This document shows, one piece after another, positions 52,116 to 64,000 of a DNA stretch of 64,000 nt. Position 1 is the first letter of the stretch; every line of letters starts with the position of its first letter. The DNA lies in assembly GCA_964016885.1 (NCBI GenBank), contig OZ024741.1:406968001-407032000 (forward strand), written 5' to 3'. The notes under the pieces were generated by a model that was not told the origin of the DNA, made no database searches, and was given only the letters and a program-made list of their open reading frames with translations. Made by a program: the position numbers and the translations under genes. Source of the DNA: Eledone cirrhosa. Lineage: Eukaryota.

Positions 52116-52394
52116 ATATATATATATATATATATGTAAGTATGCATGTACACGTACATACATATATGTATACAGACGTACATTTACGTAAGTGCCATAC
52201 TAAGAGTGAGAAATGAAATTTCGTTTTCATTTTGTTTCAATTTATATATATATATATATATATGCAAAAGTTTTATTTAAGATTGTTGGGTTACAACGAG
52301 TAAATATTTTATAACTGATATAAAAGCACTCAACAGTTTCTGGAGTAGGTTTACGATATTAAACAATTGGAAACTATATTTATAAAACCATATT

Positions 52395-52460
52395 TATTTC
52401 GTTATATATATTTCTGGGATATCATATTAAAAATATGGTATGCCTTCCTCAGACAAAATA
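52395..52460 (-). ncRNA. Type I hammerhead ribozyme (sense to the Naiad ORF)
   Basis: TATTTTGT-CTGAGGA-[CATATT/AATATG stem II]-GAAA-TATATA-TA-ACGAAATA. Confidence 0.82.
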
Positions 52461-53617
52461 CAATACATAAGCTGTTTTATAAATAATTAGTGACATACCT
52501 TGTAATAATGCAACTTCCATTTAAAAAGTTGATTTGGTAGTGAAACTGTTATGACAGTTATATAGAAAGAAAAACGAAGATGAGAAGAAGAAGATGAAGA
52601 GATGTATGTAAATAAAAACAACGGAGCGAGATAGAGAGACAAGGAGAGAGAGAAATACATTGAGGAGGTGAAAATATAGTAGGCTGCTTTTGGACAGATG
52701 ATCATCGTATATGTGAGAGGTTAAGGGAAGGGATACAGTTAAACTAGTGTATAGGAGAAAAAGAAAGAAAGATGATATATTTTAAATATATTAAAAATAT
52801 ATTATGTCTCATCCATTTGAATTATCAATTTTTATCAATTAGGTATTATAATGTAAATATCAGTATTCATGAATGAGACACATATCCATAATGTGTGAAA
52901 AAATGACCACATGCTCAGTTTAAAAATTCTTAGGTCTATAAGCAAAAACTGAGATAAAACTTCAAACATAAGTATATATGCATTCTCGTGAAAAAAAGAG
53001 AAAAGAGAAGGTTATCTCAAATTCAAGTTGATAAATATAGACGCACATGTGAACCTATTCTTATATTTCATGAACAACTTCAATGCGTTAGAAAAGATTC
53101 CACCCTATATACATTTACATACATATATACATATATATAGACACAAAATATATAAGATATACATTAACATCTAAAATAACATTCCAGCCTCACTTGCATG
53201 ATCATCGATCAAGCATAGAGTAGACAACAGATATCAATATTAAAATTAAAAACGCCAAGAATATCTTCGTCACTCCACAGAGTATCTAGGGACGCAAGAG
53301 AACATAGTATGCCACGCATATCGGTCATAGAATCAGAGTCAAAAGCAAACAAAACCAAAATTGTTCACCAAGCCTTATTTAGCAGAAATCATTCAAAACT
53401 TATTCTACAAATGCTCTTATATTTATTATAGAAGTTTATCCAGCTTAAAAAATTTATTCAAAAGATTGGGAACAACGCCAATTTTAGGGTAGTTTATTTA
53501 ATCTCATTAATTATATATTCATGCAGAAAGGTTTTAAAAAAATTGAAGGAATCGAAAGATTTATCGCCAAGTATCATAAATAGTCAAATACCTTAAGTAA
53601 ATATACTACATTTTATA

Positions 53618-55417
53618 CTATATTTTAAATTTATATTTATATTTAAATGTTGAGTTCAATCTATGTCTGCAACAGCTGAATAAATTGGTTCGTAAATTAA
53701 GGGAATTTTTAGATTTTAATATAAAGAATATCTCCTCCGCGCAGAGGTCACATGTCACAGAAGAAGAATTAAAAGGAATCCCTTTTGAGACTATATTCCA
53801 AACCATCGAATATCCAACTTTACCATGCTTAAGTTGCCAGAGTAACCCTGACAGCGATGTTGAGGATTTTTTATTTGGATCCGTGAAAGAATTTTTGTGA
53901 TTATTATAGCGAAGTTTAAATTCTGTCGAGGTGGAACCAACATAATTAAAAGAATTTAAATCAGTTCTAACATTACAGTTGTATATTATATTTTTAACTA
54001 AGCAATTGTTATTTAGCGGACATTTAGATCTATCTCTACAGTTACAGTTTTTTAGTTGAATATTGTTTAGGCTATTTTCGGTATTTTGGCTAGGTTTTAG
54101 ATTCCTATTATTTATTCTATTAATATTTTGTGCTAAATTTTTGGTGGACGAGTACGTTAATTTTATAGTATGTCTATTAAAAATTGAGTGATACTTATGT
54201 GTTCTAGGGAAGCGTTTGTCAAGAGCATTAAAAAATAGTTTAGCGATGTGGGTTTTAATGTTTAGTGAGAAGGGGGGGGGGGGGGGGGCAAACCGTATTA
54301 TATTTCTAGTTCTATTTCTTTTCTGGTTTTTGAAATTATTGTAGTGCTTTCTATTATAGTTGTTAAAGTTGTTACTGTAATTAAAATTGTTGTTATTTTG
54401 GTTAGTTTGTCTATTATCGATGTACATAATTTTATCACTATATCCTGCTCTAGCTAAAGCTTCATTATAATTCTGGGCTTTTTCGTCAAAAATATTTTTA
54501 TTGGAAGAGATTCTAGAGATACGTTTTTGAACAGAGTTCACTATAGTATTTTTGACAGATCTGGGGTGATTGGAGCTAAAATTGACATAATTCAAGTTTT
54601 CATTTAACTTGTGAAATGGATAGTGAAGACATGTGTTGAGATTAAATGTTACGTCTAGGAAATTGACTATTCTATGGTTATTCTCAATTTCTATTTTTAG
54701 ATTAAGGTAATTAAAAAATTGTATAATTTGTTTTCTTTTCTTATTTAGTTCAGAGTTATTATTTTCAATAAGTAAAAGCATGTCATCTCTATATAAACCT
54801 CCGGTAACACCGGGTATTTTCCTATGCAGCGAATTAATTATAAATAGGCCCACAAGGTCCGTTACCTGAGCTGAGTCTGATGATCCCATAGTAATGTCAA
54901 AATTATTATCTCTATCTGCCCTAGTCCATAGTTGGTTATTAAATTCTATCAAAGTTTTCCTTGCCGATAATATAATGTGCATTTCATTGCTAGTTAGGTC
55001 TGTATGCTTGAATGCGTAATTTAGTGCCTTATTAAGTAGATTAGGGGTAATGGATGAATAGTAGTTAGCAATATCTAGTTGAATAAATTTATTATTATTG
55101 TTATATTTAATTTCATTAAACAACTCAATGACCACCCCAGTTCCCTTCCACAAGGTCAAGCCAGGTAAACAATTCAAGTCCTTAATTTGCTGTATCACTC
55201 TGTCTAGAATGTTCTTGCTAAGTTTACCCAGGTCAGATTTTGATGGTGCAATCAACCTGACTGGCAAGTCATTTTCAAAATTTCTCTTGTGATCTTTCAT
55301 ATTGATCTTGGGTTTCCTAGGCACGAAAGGTTGTGTTTTGTTCTCAATTTCCAACTCATGCATTATACATGATGCCTCTGCTTTTGACTCTGATTCTATG
55401 ACCGATATGCGTGGCAT
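53618..55417 (-). CDS. Naiad-type PLE RT plus GIY-YIG endonuclease (599 aa, uninterrupted; first 13 codons come from the inverted repeat)
   Basis: KDHK.NF...RLI.PSKSDLG, QLDIANYYSSI, FDITMGS.D.A, LYRDD, NFLDVTF, CNCR....CPL...CL, IIY/YVG, R...H, CDLC..E, CRH. Confidence 0.9.
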   Translation of the reverse strand: MPRISVIESESKAEASCIMHELEIENKTQPFVPRKPKINMKDHKRNFENDLPVRLIAPSKSDLGKLSKNILDRVIQQIKDLNCLPGLTLWKGTGVVIELFNEIKYNNNNKFIQLDIANYYSSITPNLLNKALNYAFKHTDLTSNEMHIILSARKTLIEFNNQLWTRADRDNNFDITMGSSDSAQVTDLVGLFIINSLHRKIPGVTGGLYRDDMLLLIENNNSELNKKRKQIIQFFNYLNLKIEIENNHRIVNFLDVTFNLNTCLHYPFHKLNENLNYVNFSSNHPRSVKNTIVNSVQKRISRISSNKNIFDEKAQNYNEALARAGYSDKIMYIDNRQTNQNNNNFNYSNNFNNYNRKHYNNFKNQKRNRTRNIIRFAPPPPPFSLNIKTHIAKLFFNALDKRFPRTHKYHSIFNRHTIKLTYSSTKNLAQNINRINNRNLKPSQNTENSLNNIQLKNCNCRDRSKCPLNNNCLVKNIIYNCNVRTDLNSFNYVGSTSTEFKLRYNNHKNSFTDPNKKSSTSLSGLLWQLKHGKVGYSMVWNIVSKGIPFNSSSVTCDLCAEEIFFILKSKNSLNLRTNLFSCCRHRLNSTFKYKYKFKI

Positions 55418-56330
55418 ACTATGTTCTCTTGCGTCCCTAGATACTCTGTGGAGTGACGAAGATATTCTTGGCGTTTTTAATTTTAATATTGATATCTGTT
55501 GTCTACTCTATGCTTGATCGATGATCATGCAAGTGAGGCTGGAATGTTATTTTAGATGTTAATGTATATCTTATATATTTTGTGTCTATATATATGTATA
55601 TATGTATGTAAATGTATGTAGGGTGGAATCTTTTCTAACGCATTGAAGTTTTTCATGAAATATAAGAATCGTTGCAGCGTATCACGTAGGTTCACATGTG
55701 CGTCTATAATTATCAACTTGAATTTGAGATAACCTTCTCTTTTCTCTTTTTTTCACGATAATGCATATATACTTTGATAATGCATATATATGTTTGAAGT
55801 TTTATCTCAGTTTTTGCTTATAGACATAAGAATTTTTAAACTGAGCATGTGGTCATTTTTTCACACATTATGGATATGTGTCTCATTCATGAATACTGAT
55901 ATTTACATTATAATACCTAATTCATAAAAATTGATAATTCAAATGGATGAGACATAATATATTTTTAATATATTTAAAATATATCATCTTTCTTTCTTTT
56001 TCTCCTATACACTAGTTTAACTGTATCCCTTCCCTTAACCTCTCACATATACGATGATCATCTGTCCAAAAGCAGCCTACTATATTTTTCACCTCCTCAA
56101 TGTATTTCTCTCTCTCCTTGTCTCTCTATCTCGCTCCGTTGTTTTTCTTTACATACATCTCTTCATCTTCTTCTTTTTTTATTTACATACATCTCTTCAT
56201 CTTCTTCTCATCTTCGTTTTTCTTTCTATATAACTGTCATAACAGTTTCACTACCAAATCAACTTTTTAAATGGAAGTTGCATTATTACAAGGTATGTCA
56301 CTAATTATTTATAAAACAGCTTATGTATTG

Positions 56331-56396
56331 TATTTTGTCTGAGGAAGGCATACCATATTTTTAATATGATATCCCAGAAATATATATAACGAAATA
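56331..56396 (+). ncRNA. Type I hammerhead ribozyme (inverted pLTR copy)
   Basis: Mirror of 52395..52460. Confidence 0.82.
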
Positions 56397-56455
56397 AATA
56401 TGGTTTTATAAATATAGTTTCCATTTGTTTAATATCGTATATATATATATATATA

Positions 56456-56541
56456 GCGAGGGAAAAGTGGTAAGGAACCAGATTCCGTACAGAATTAGCC
56501 GTCGAAACGGCTTGAGCTCAGCCGTCGGGGTCTTACTTACT

Positions 56542-56543
<2 letters not shown>
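56456..56543. mobile_element. Hairpin family H, copy 6 (deleted)
   Basis: GTGGTAAGGAACCAG joined to TAGCCGTCGAAACGGCTTGAGCTCAGCCGTCGGGG. Confidence 0.75.
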
Positions 56544-56625
<82 letters not shown>

Positions 56626-56827
56626 TATACATATATATACATATATACATATATATACATATATACATATATATACATATATATATACATATATATACAT
56701 ATATATACATATATATACATATATATACATATATATATATATATACATATATATACATATATATATATATATACACATATATATATATACATATATATAT
56801 ATATACATATATACATATATATATACA

Positions 56828-58193
56828 TTCCTTGAGAGTAACAATATGCTGAACTCCAACCAGCATGGATTCCGTCATGGAAGGGATTGCCTGACGCAGC
56901 TACTGCATCACTTTGATGACATTTTGAGAGCCTTGGGAGAGGGTTCTAACACTGATGTTATCTACCTTGATTTCAGCAAGGCCTTTGACAGGGTTGATCA
57001 CAATATTCTACTGAGAAAGCTGTCCAATATTGGTGTCACTGGAAAGCTGCTGCAGTGGATCAAGTTCTTCCTGTCAAACAGAACCCAACATGTTGTAGTC
57101 GAAGGAGTCAAATCCAGCCCAGCCAAAGTCAGTAGTGGGGTCCCACAAGGCATTGTGTTGGGCCCACTTCTCTTCATCATCTATATTAATGACATCACTG
57201 ACATCATCAAACACAGCAACATTATAATTTTCACTGATGATTGCAAGCTCCAGAAGGTCATCAATGACGTGGATGACCGGATAAGCCTTCAGTCAGACCT
57301 ATTGGCTGTTACCCAATGGGCGGAAAAGAACAACATGTTACTGAACGAAGACAAATTCGAACTGATCCATTTTGGAAAAGAGGATGCTCTGAAACTCCCG
57401 TACTCCCTTCCTTCCGGTGAAACTCTCGTGGCATCTAACAACATCAGAGACTTGGGAGTAACTGTGGACAGCAACATAAGCTGGGCCACGCATATAAGCA
57501 GCACAATTGACATGGCCCGCAGAATGTGTTCCTGGATCGTCAGAACCTTCCAGTCGAGAGTTTCCCACACCATTATCCTTCTCTTCTCTACTTTTGCCCG
57601 ACCACACCTTGAATACTGTTGTCCACTGTGGTCTCCCCACATGAAACAAAGTATCATGAATCTTGAAGTTCCCCAAAGGGCAATCACGAAAAAGATAGAT
57701 GGCATGTCAGACCTTGACTACTGGGGTCGACTAGAAAAGCTGAAACTTTACTCACTCCAACGTCGCCGTGAGCGTTATATTATCTGCATGATGTGGAAAA
57801 TGTTTCATCAGCACTGCCCAAATGATGTTGGCATCGCCTTCAAAATACACCCAAGGCTTGGGCCCCGTGCTATCCGTCCCAAACAAAAATCTAAATCGCA
57901 ACTCATAACAACAATACGGCACAATTATTTCACCTCAATTTGCCCTGTTCTCTTCAACAGGACACGTTAAAACAGAAACTGACCACACAAAATTCAAGAA
58001 GTCTTTGGACAAATTCCTCCAAGTAATCACGGACAAACCACCCATACCCGGATATGTCTCCGCAAACAGTAATTCCCTTCTCGAACGGGCCATGGTGCCC
58101 AAATCCTGAATTGAAAGACTTCGCCAGATGGTGCTATTAAGTTAGACATATCCTTAGCCAATACTGGACAAAACATTTCAAAGTTATTCAAAG

Positions 58194-58196
<3 letters not shown>
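56828..58196 (+). mobile_element. 5'-truncated CR1-clade LINE
   Basis: RT ORF plus 3' UTR ending in tandem TTCAAAGTTA; lies in (TA)n. Confidence 0.88.
56846..57970 (+). pseudogene. CR1-type reverse transcriptase (truncated)
   Basis: [62 protein letters not shown]. Confidence 0.9.
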
Positions 58197-58226
<30 letters not shown>

Positions 58227-58296
58227 CGGAACAAGCAAACATTAAACAATATTTTAAATAAATTAAAATACGATTTAAATATTTACCTCTTCTAGT

Positions 58297-58376
58297 GCTA
58301 TGACCGGCGGTTTCGCTTATCAAAAGATTGGAAATTCAGAGACTTTCCAATGGAAAGATATAGCTCTTCAGATAGC
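58297..58376 (-). ncRNA. Type I hammerhead ribozyme, canonical core
   Basis: GCTAT-CTGAAGA-GCT..TATC..TTGGAAA/TTTCCAA..GATA.AGC-GAAA-CCGcCGG-TC-ATAGC. Confidence 0.88.
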
Positions 58377-58764
58377 TTTTCCAAATCTACTAGACATAAG
58401 TCCGTATAGATGTAGATATATCACCCTCTGCCCAGTGAATGAATCAAGCCGTTAAAATGATCCACACACTTATTGGACCGTTAGAAAAAGCGGGAAATAT
58501 AGAGTTGCTGATATTTCATGCTGCTAGAAATAGCAGCATGATACAGCAGATTTTTTTTTCTCTACATTAAGGAGAATTAGATAAATGATATAGATAACCC
58601 AGTAGGTACTAGGTACCCACGGAAATATATATGGTGTCTATAATAGTGGTTCTTCTATGGTACGAATTTGAGATACCAGAACTGTAAATATGAGCAGAAC
58701 AAGCAAACATTAAACAATCTTTTAAATAAATTAAAATACGATTTAAATATTTACCTCTTCTAGT

Positions 58765-58844
58765 GCTATGACCGGCGGTTTCGCTTATCAAAAGATTGGA
58801 AATTCAGAGACTTTCCAATGGAAAGATATAGCTCTTCACATAGC
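58765..58844 (-). ncRNA. Hammerhead ribozyme copy with C3-to-G change (GTGAAGA)
   Basis: Otherwise identical to 58297..58376. Confidence 0.7.
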
Positions 58845-58973
58845 TTTTCCAAATCTACTAGACATAAGTCCGTATAGATGTAGATATATCACCCTCTGCC
58901 CAGTGAATGAATCAAGCCGTTAAAATGACCCACAGGCTTATTGGACCGTTAGATATATATATATATTTATATA

Positions 58974-59131
<158 letters not shown>

Positions 59132-59134
59132 CAT

Positions 59135-59164
<30 letters not shown>

Positions 59165-59166
<2 letters not shown>

Positions 59167-59778
59167 GGTGGCTGCCAACTCGTTTTCGAGTGCGGCCACT
59201 ACTTTATATCCATGTAGGAGAACTCCTACCGATGCGCTGAACTTGTGTGACTTTTTTAGTCCAGCCAGCGACTTGAACACTCTGGTACAAACACTACACT
59301 TGTAACAATTATTGACACATAGTGCTGGGCCCATGGTGCCGTGTGACGACAAGTGCAGAGCGATCTCCAGATATAAAGCAATGCCTGTGCCATGAAGCTT
59401 TTATATTGAGCAAAGGCACTGCACAAAGCTAGTCCCACTCTCTTAACCAAGATGATATTTACCAAAAAGAAGAACAAGTCAACATCATTGGATACCATCA
59501 GGGTTGCAGGTATTATATAAGAGTTTTCCTTCTCCTAGAATTCTGCCTTGACAAAGGCTAAGGGGTCATCTCTCCCGGTGATTTTGGATGGCCATTGACT
59601 CTTAAGAGCTCCCATGCCCTTTGACAGGTTTTGTTTTTAGTCCTGCAGGATGTCCAAAGTCACCCTACTCACCAAGAAACCTTGGTGGGGTTGCCAGTTT
59701 AGTCGCCAACGACCCGACCATGAGACAGGTTGTACTGGGATACATGTTAGAAGTAGCACCAACTGGTGACCTGACCAT
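59165..59778 (-). mobile_element. Non-coding retroposon, paralogue of 20335..20866
   Basis: Shared blocks in the same order. Confidence 0.55.
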
Positions 59779-59800
59779 ATATATATATATATATATATAT

Positions 59801-59990
59801 AACGAAGGAAATGTGGTAAGGAACCAGATGGGCCATAACGCACCAAAGTACTCAATACTTAGGGTAGTAGAGTGGGTAATAGGAACGAGTAGGACCCCGA
59901 CGGGTGAGCTGAAGCCGTTTCGACGGCTAATTCTGGACTCAAGAATTAGCCGTCGAAACGGCATGAGCTCAGCCGTCGGCGTCCTACACG
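59801..59990. mobile_element. Hairpin family H, copy 7 (opposite orientation)
   Basis: Tail on the left, then hairpin. Confidence 0.85.
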
Positions 59991-60752
<762 letters not shown>

Positions 60753-60786
60753 ATATATAAATTAACATATATATATATATATATAA

Positions 60787-61376
60787 AATTTTAGTAAGTA
60801 AGTTGATTTTTAATTCTTTTAAATTTTCTTATTTTACGTCTTTCATATAATTATTCTGCATCCCCCTGCATAGAACCACAAAGGTACTAAGACATAACAT
60901 ATATATTTGCTAGCATGGGTGTACATCTGTACACATATGTTGGTAGATGTACTAATTCTCTATATTTATCTCCAAATTATTTGTTGAGCAAAACTTGCCA
61001 AAATTTACTGCTGATTCATGGTAGTAGTAGGCTCTTGTCATAATACCACCCCACTGCTAACTGATTAACCTCAGTGTCACGTGATTGATTCTTTAGAATC
61101 TGCCACTGACCAGAGGCAGTGAATTTTTTCAGTACTCTTGAATTTAGTCCCCGCTAGCTTTATTCCATCCACTGAATTATTATTTTTATATGGGTTCCTA
61201 GTATCTGCGCATCGCCTGGGAACTTAGCTGAGAATAAACTCCCAGATGACGTAAGGAATTCTCTATAGTTATATTACGTAACTATATTTATCCCCTTACA
61301 GAAACTAATTAGTTGGAGTGAACATTTTAGTAAGTTGATTTTTAATCTTTTTAAATTTTCTTATTTTACGTCTTTC

Positions 61377-61380
<4 letters not shown>
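60787..61380 (+). mobile_element. 532-nt monomer with terminal redundancy (family M, copy 2, inverted and diverged)
   Basis: 60787..60849 repeated at 61324..61380; diverged reverse complement of copy 1. Confidence 0.72.
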
Positions 61381-61410
<30 letters not shown>

Positions 61411-61565
61411 TGTTATACTTTGGGAGGGTCATGTTGCCAATAAGAAACACACGCACCAGTAACTTTCACTTCAATTTAATTTATTAAATATTTATAAATT
61501 TACAAATTTATAAATTTCTGGTTGGTTGGTTGGTTCCACAACCAGATAGTTGTTTATATATATAT

Positions 61566-61610
61566 AGTCATAGTTCTTTCGTCACACACTCTGTGACCTC
61601 TTCAGTGACT
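61566..61610 (-). ncRNA. Type I hammerhead ribozyme
   Basis: AGTCA-CTGAAGA-gGTCACA gagtg TGTGAC-GAAA-GAAC-TA-TGACT. Confidence 0.82.
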
Positions 61611-61715
61611 GGGGATTTCTTTCTTCGTTTCTGTGCCTTCCCTTTCTTCTATCCTACGCCATTTTTCTAGAAAAAAGAAGAAAGGGAAGGCACAGAAACG
61701 AAGAAAGAAATCCCC

Positions 61716-61760
61716 AGTCACTGAAGAGGTCACAGAGTGTGTGACGAAAGAACTATGACT
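61716..61760 (+). ncRNA. Type I hammerhead ribozyme
   Basis: Same motif on the plus strand. Confidence 0.82.
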
Positions 61761-62005
61761 ATATATATATAAACAACTATCTGGTTGTGGAACCAACCAA
61801 CCAACCAGAAATTTATAAATTTGTAAATTTATAAATATTTAATAAATTAAATTGAAGTGAAAGCAACTGGTGCGTGTGTTTCTTATTGGCAACATGACCC
61901 TCCCAAAGTATAACAATATCGGTTTCAACACACGATTTCAGATAAAGAATCTTGCTAAACAAATTCAGAAACGAAATATATTTATATATATATACATATA
62001 CATAT

Positions 62006-62083
<78 letters not shown>

Positions 62084-62094
62084 ATATATATATA

Positions 62095-62182
<88 letters not shown>

Positions 62183-62190
62183 TTTTCATT

Positions 62191-62222
<32 letters not shown>

Positions 62223-62316
62223 TATGAGCATCCCCACTGAAAGTCTTTTCAAGACTATACAGACCATTTGTAGTCTTTCCAAATTGAAGGATGAGTATTT
62301 TAAACTTTATTTTATC

Positions 62317-62567
62317 ACGGCCCTTTGCGTTCTGAGTTCAAATCCGCCGAGGTTAACTTTGCCTTTCATCCTTACGAGATCGATAAAATAAAGTACCAGT
62401 GTTGCACTGGGGTAATCGCTGGCCTTGTGCCAACAGTAGAAACTCTATTTTTAGTTCAAATCCCGCCGAGGTTAACTTTGCCTTTCATCCTTACGGGGCC
62501 GATAAAATAAAGTACCAGTAAGGCACTGGGTTATTGCTGGCCTTGTACCAAAAGTAGAAACAATTAT
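62317..62567 (+). mobile_element. Two tandem 5'-truncated SINE family A copies
   Basis: B box, core and tail occur twice. Confidence 0.85.
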
Positions 62568-63744
62568 ATTTGAATACATTTCTGTTTACAACTATGTTTG
62601 TATGTGTTTCTATCTATCTCTTATTCTCTCTGTAGTCTGAGTATATATGTTTACACTTGTTTGTGTGTGAAGGAGGTGAGTAGAATTTTATATTTGGCAC
62701 ATGATATTCTTAAAGATCAGCTGACACAAGGTGACGTTAAGATGATCTTTTCCCTAACAAACAGCTTACTCAGTCATTTAAATTTCGATTATTCTCGTTC
62801 ATTGACTTTTTTCTAATTTATTACATCCTATTTTCATATATGCACAGATTTAAATTTAGTTCTCTTCAAATAAAATGAATGCCGACACATGTACAAAGTT
62901 CATATTGACCTATTGTCTTAAAACACAAGGCAAGAAGAAAAAAGGAATCTGTTTCAGTTACAGAACATGTGGCGCCATCTTGTTAATGCAATTATAATTG
63001 TGAAAGGGGAATAACCTTGTTAAATTTATAGATTTAAAAAAGATGTAGGCCGATTAATGTTTTTATTGTTATTCTCTTATAATTTATTGAAAAGTGATTT
63101 TGAAGAACTTCTTTTAGAATAAGAAATAGTGCACCAAGAATGTTAGATTTATTCAGTATAGATCAGGTCGGATATAAATTCCATATATGAGAGCCAACAT
63201 TACTGAGACATGTCTAAGGCGTTAGAAATCATTTGGCAGAGGGCTAAATTGTGTGATATATATGAAATATACATTAATATAATTGTAATGATATTTGAAA
63301 CCAGAAAACAATTGTGTGAATTGCAGTATTTATATAGTGATAATAGAATTCTAGAATTGTAGACTGGATTTGGACAAGGAAAACAAGATTTGTTTGTCTT
63401 AGCTATTCAAATAAAAACAAAATGCTATATTGGGCTTTGGTAAACGTATGTTACTTTATTCTATAAATAATAACGGACACATCGTGAGCGTTAACATATT
63501 CTTCCTAGATAAAACATTTCATTTTTGTCAAATCTCGTTCAGTTGGCTGGCTGTAGCGATGTAGAATTGTGCTTTCGATAGACAAACTCTTAACGAATTT
63601 GGCGTATCATGACAAGATAGGTTATGAACATAGTGTGGAAGGAAAAGTCTAATAATAGAAGGAGCTGACTCGAGCAAACGAAGTAACTAAACCGATCAAA
63701 TCAAACTATCAGGAATAAATTATAATAGAGATTTAGATCGATAA

Positions 63745-63851
63745 ATAATTGCTTATACTTTTGGCACAAGGCCAGCAATTATCCCAGTGCATTACCGATG
63801 CTTTATTTTATCGACCCTGTAAAGATGAAAAGCAAAATTAACTTCGGCGGA
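63745..63851 (-). mobile_element. SINE family A, 3' part
   Basis: Core and tail. Confidence 0.75.
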
Positions 63852-64000
63852 TCGCTAAATAATAAATACATAAAATCCTTCACAATTATTTCGAAGTTGT
63901 CCACAGAATTGATCGATAACAGTTGCAAAAAATACTTGTTTCTGATCACTTAACCCTTTAGACTTTACATTACTCTATATTTACCATTGTATTATCAGAG

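Larger units (their letters stand above)
52264..56439 (-). mobile_element. Naiad-type Penelope-like element with ~1-kb inverted pLTR
   Basis: Inverted repeat 52352..53347 versus 55379..56439, 88-bp unpaired 3' extension, (TA)n flanks, HHR in both arms. Confidence 0.9.
58221..58953 (-). mobile_element. Retrozyme-like element: two 265-bp HHR-bearing direct repeats, 468-nt period
   Basis: 58221..58485 is nearly identical to 58689..58953; (TA)n flanks. Confidence 0.87.
61408..61978. mobile_element. Asymmetric fold-back element with two intact HHRs (paralogue of 5755..6331)
   Basis: ~240-bp near-perfect arms, ~60-bp right extension, (TA)n flanks. Confidence 0.87.

Noticed and set aside
53618-55417. 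Selenoprotein Naiad
   Set aside because: No in-frame UGA in this copy and no SECIS recognisable by eye
57235-57241. CTGATGA as a hammerhead core
   Set aside because: It encodes the FTDD motif of the CR1 RT, with no supporting stems

Overview
AT-rich eukaryotic (animal) non-genic DNA with extremely dense (TA)n, (CA)n and trinucleotide microsatellites. The SINE content suggests an octopus-like cephalopod (inference). I find no supportable host gene. Recognisable coding remnants are all from transposons: two copies of a Penelope-like element (PLE) with RT plus GIY-YIG, a Naiad-type PLE with ~1 kb inverted pseudo-LTRs, a DD37D (maT) Tc1/mariner, a CR1-type RT, Tx1/L1-like, CRE-like and RTE fragments, and a CsRn1-like Ty3/gypsy 5' remnant. 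Many tRNA-derived SINEs and MITEs are also present. The main signal is about 20 type I hammerhead ribozyme (HHR) motifs, roughly 11 with an intact core. Most lie in short non-coding elements inserted in (TA)n, with two architectures: asymmetric fold-back hairpins, several with an HHR on each strand, and 470-680 nt monomers with terminal direct redundancy (retrozyme or circRNA-like). Some share termini or ribozyme stems with the autonomous PLEs in the window, which suggests a PLE-mobilised family of ribozyme mini-elements. Structures were read by eye and repeat boundaries are approximate.
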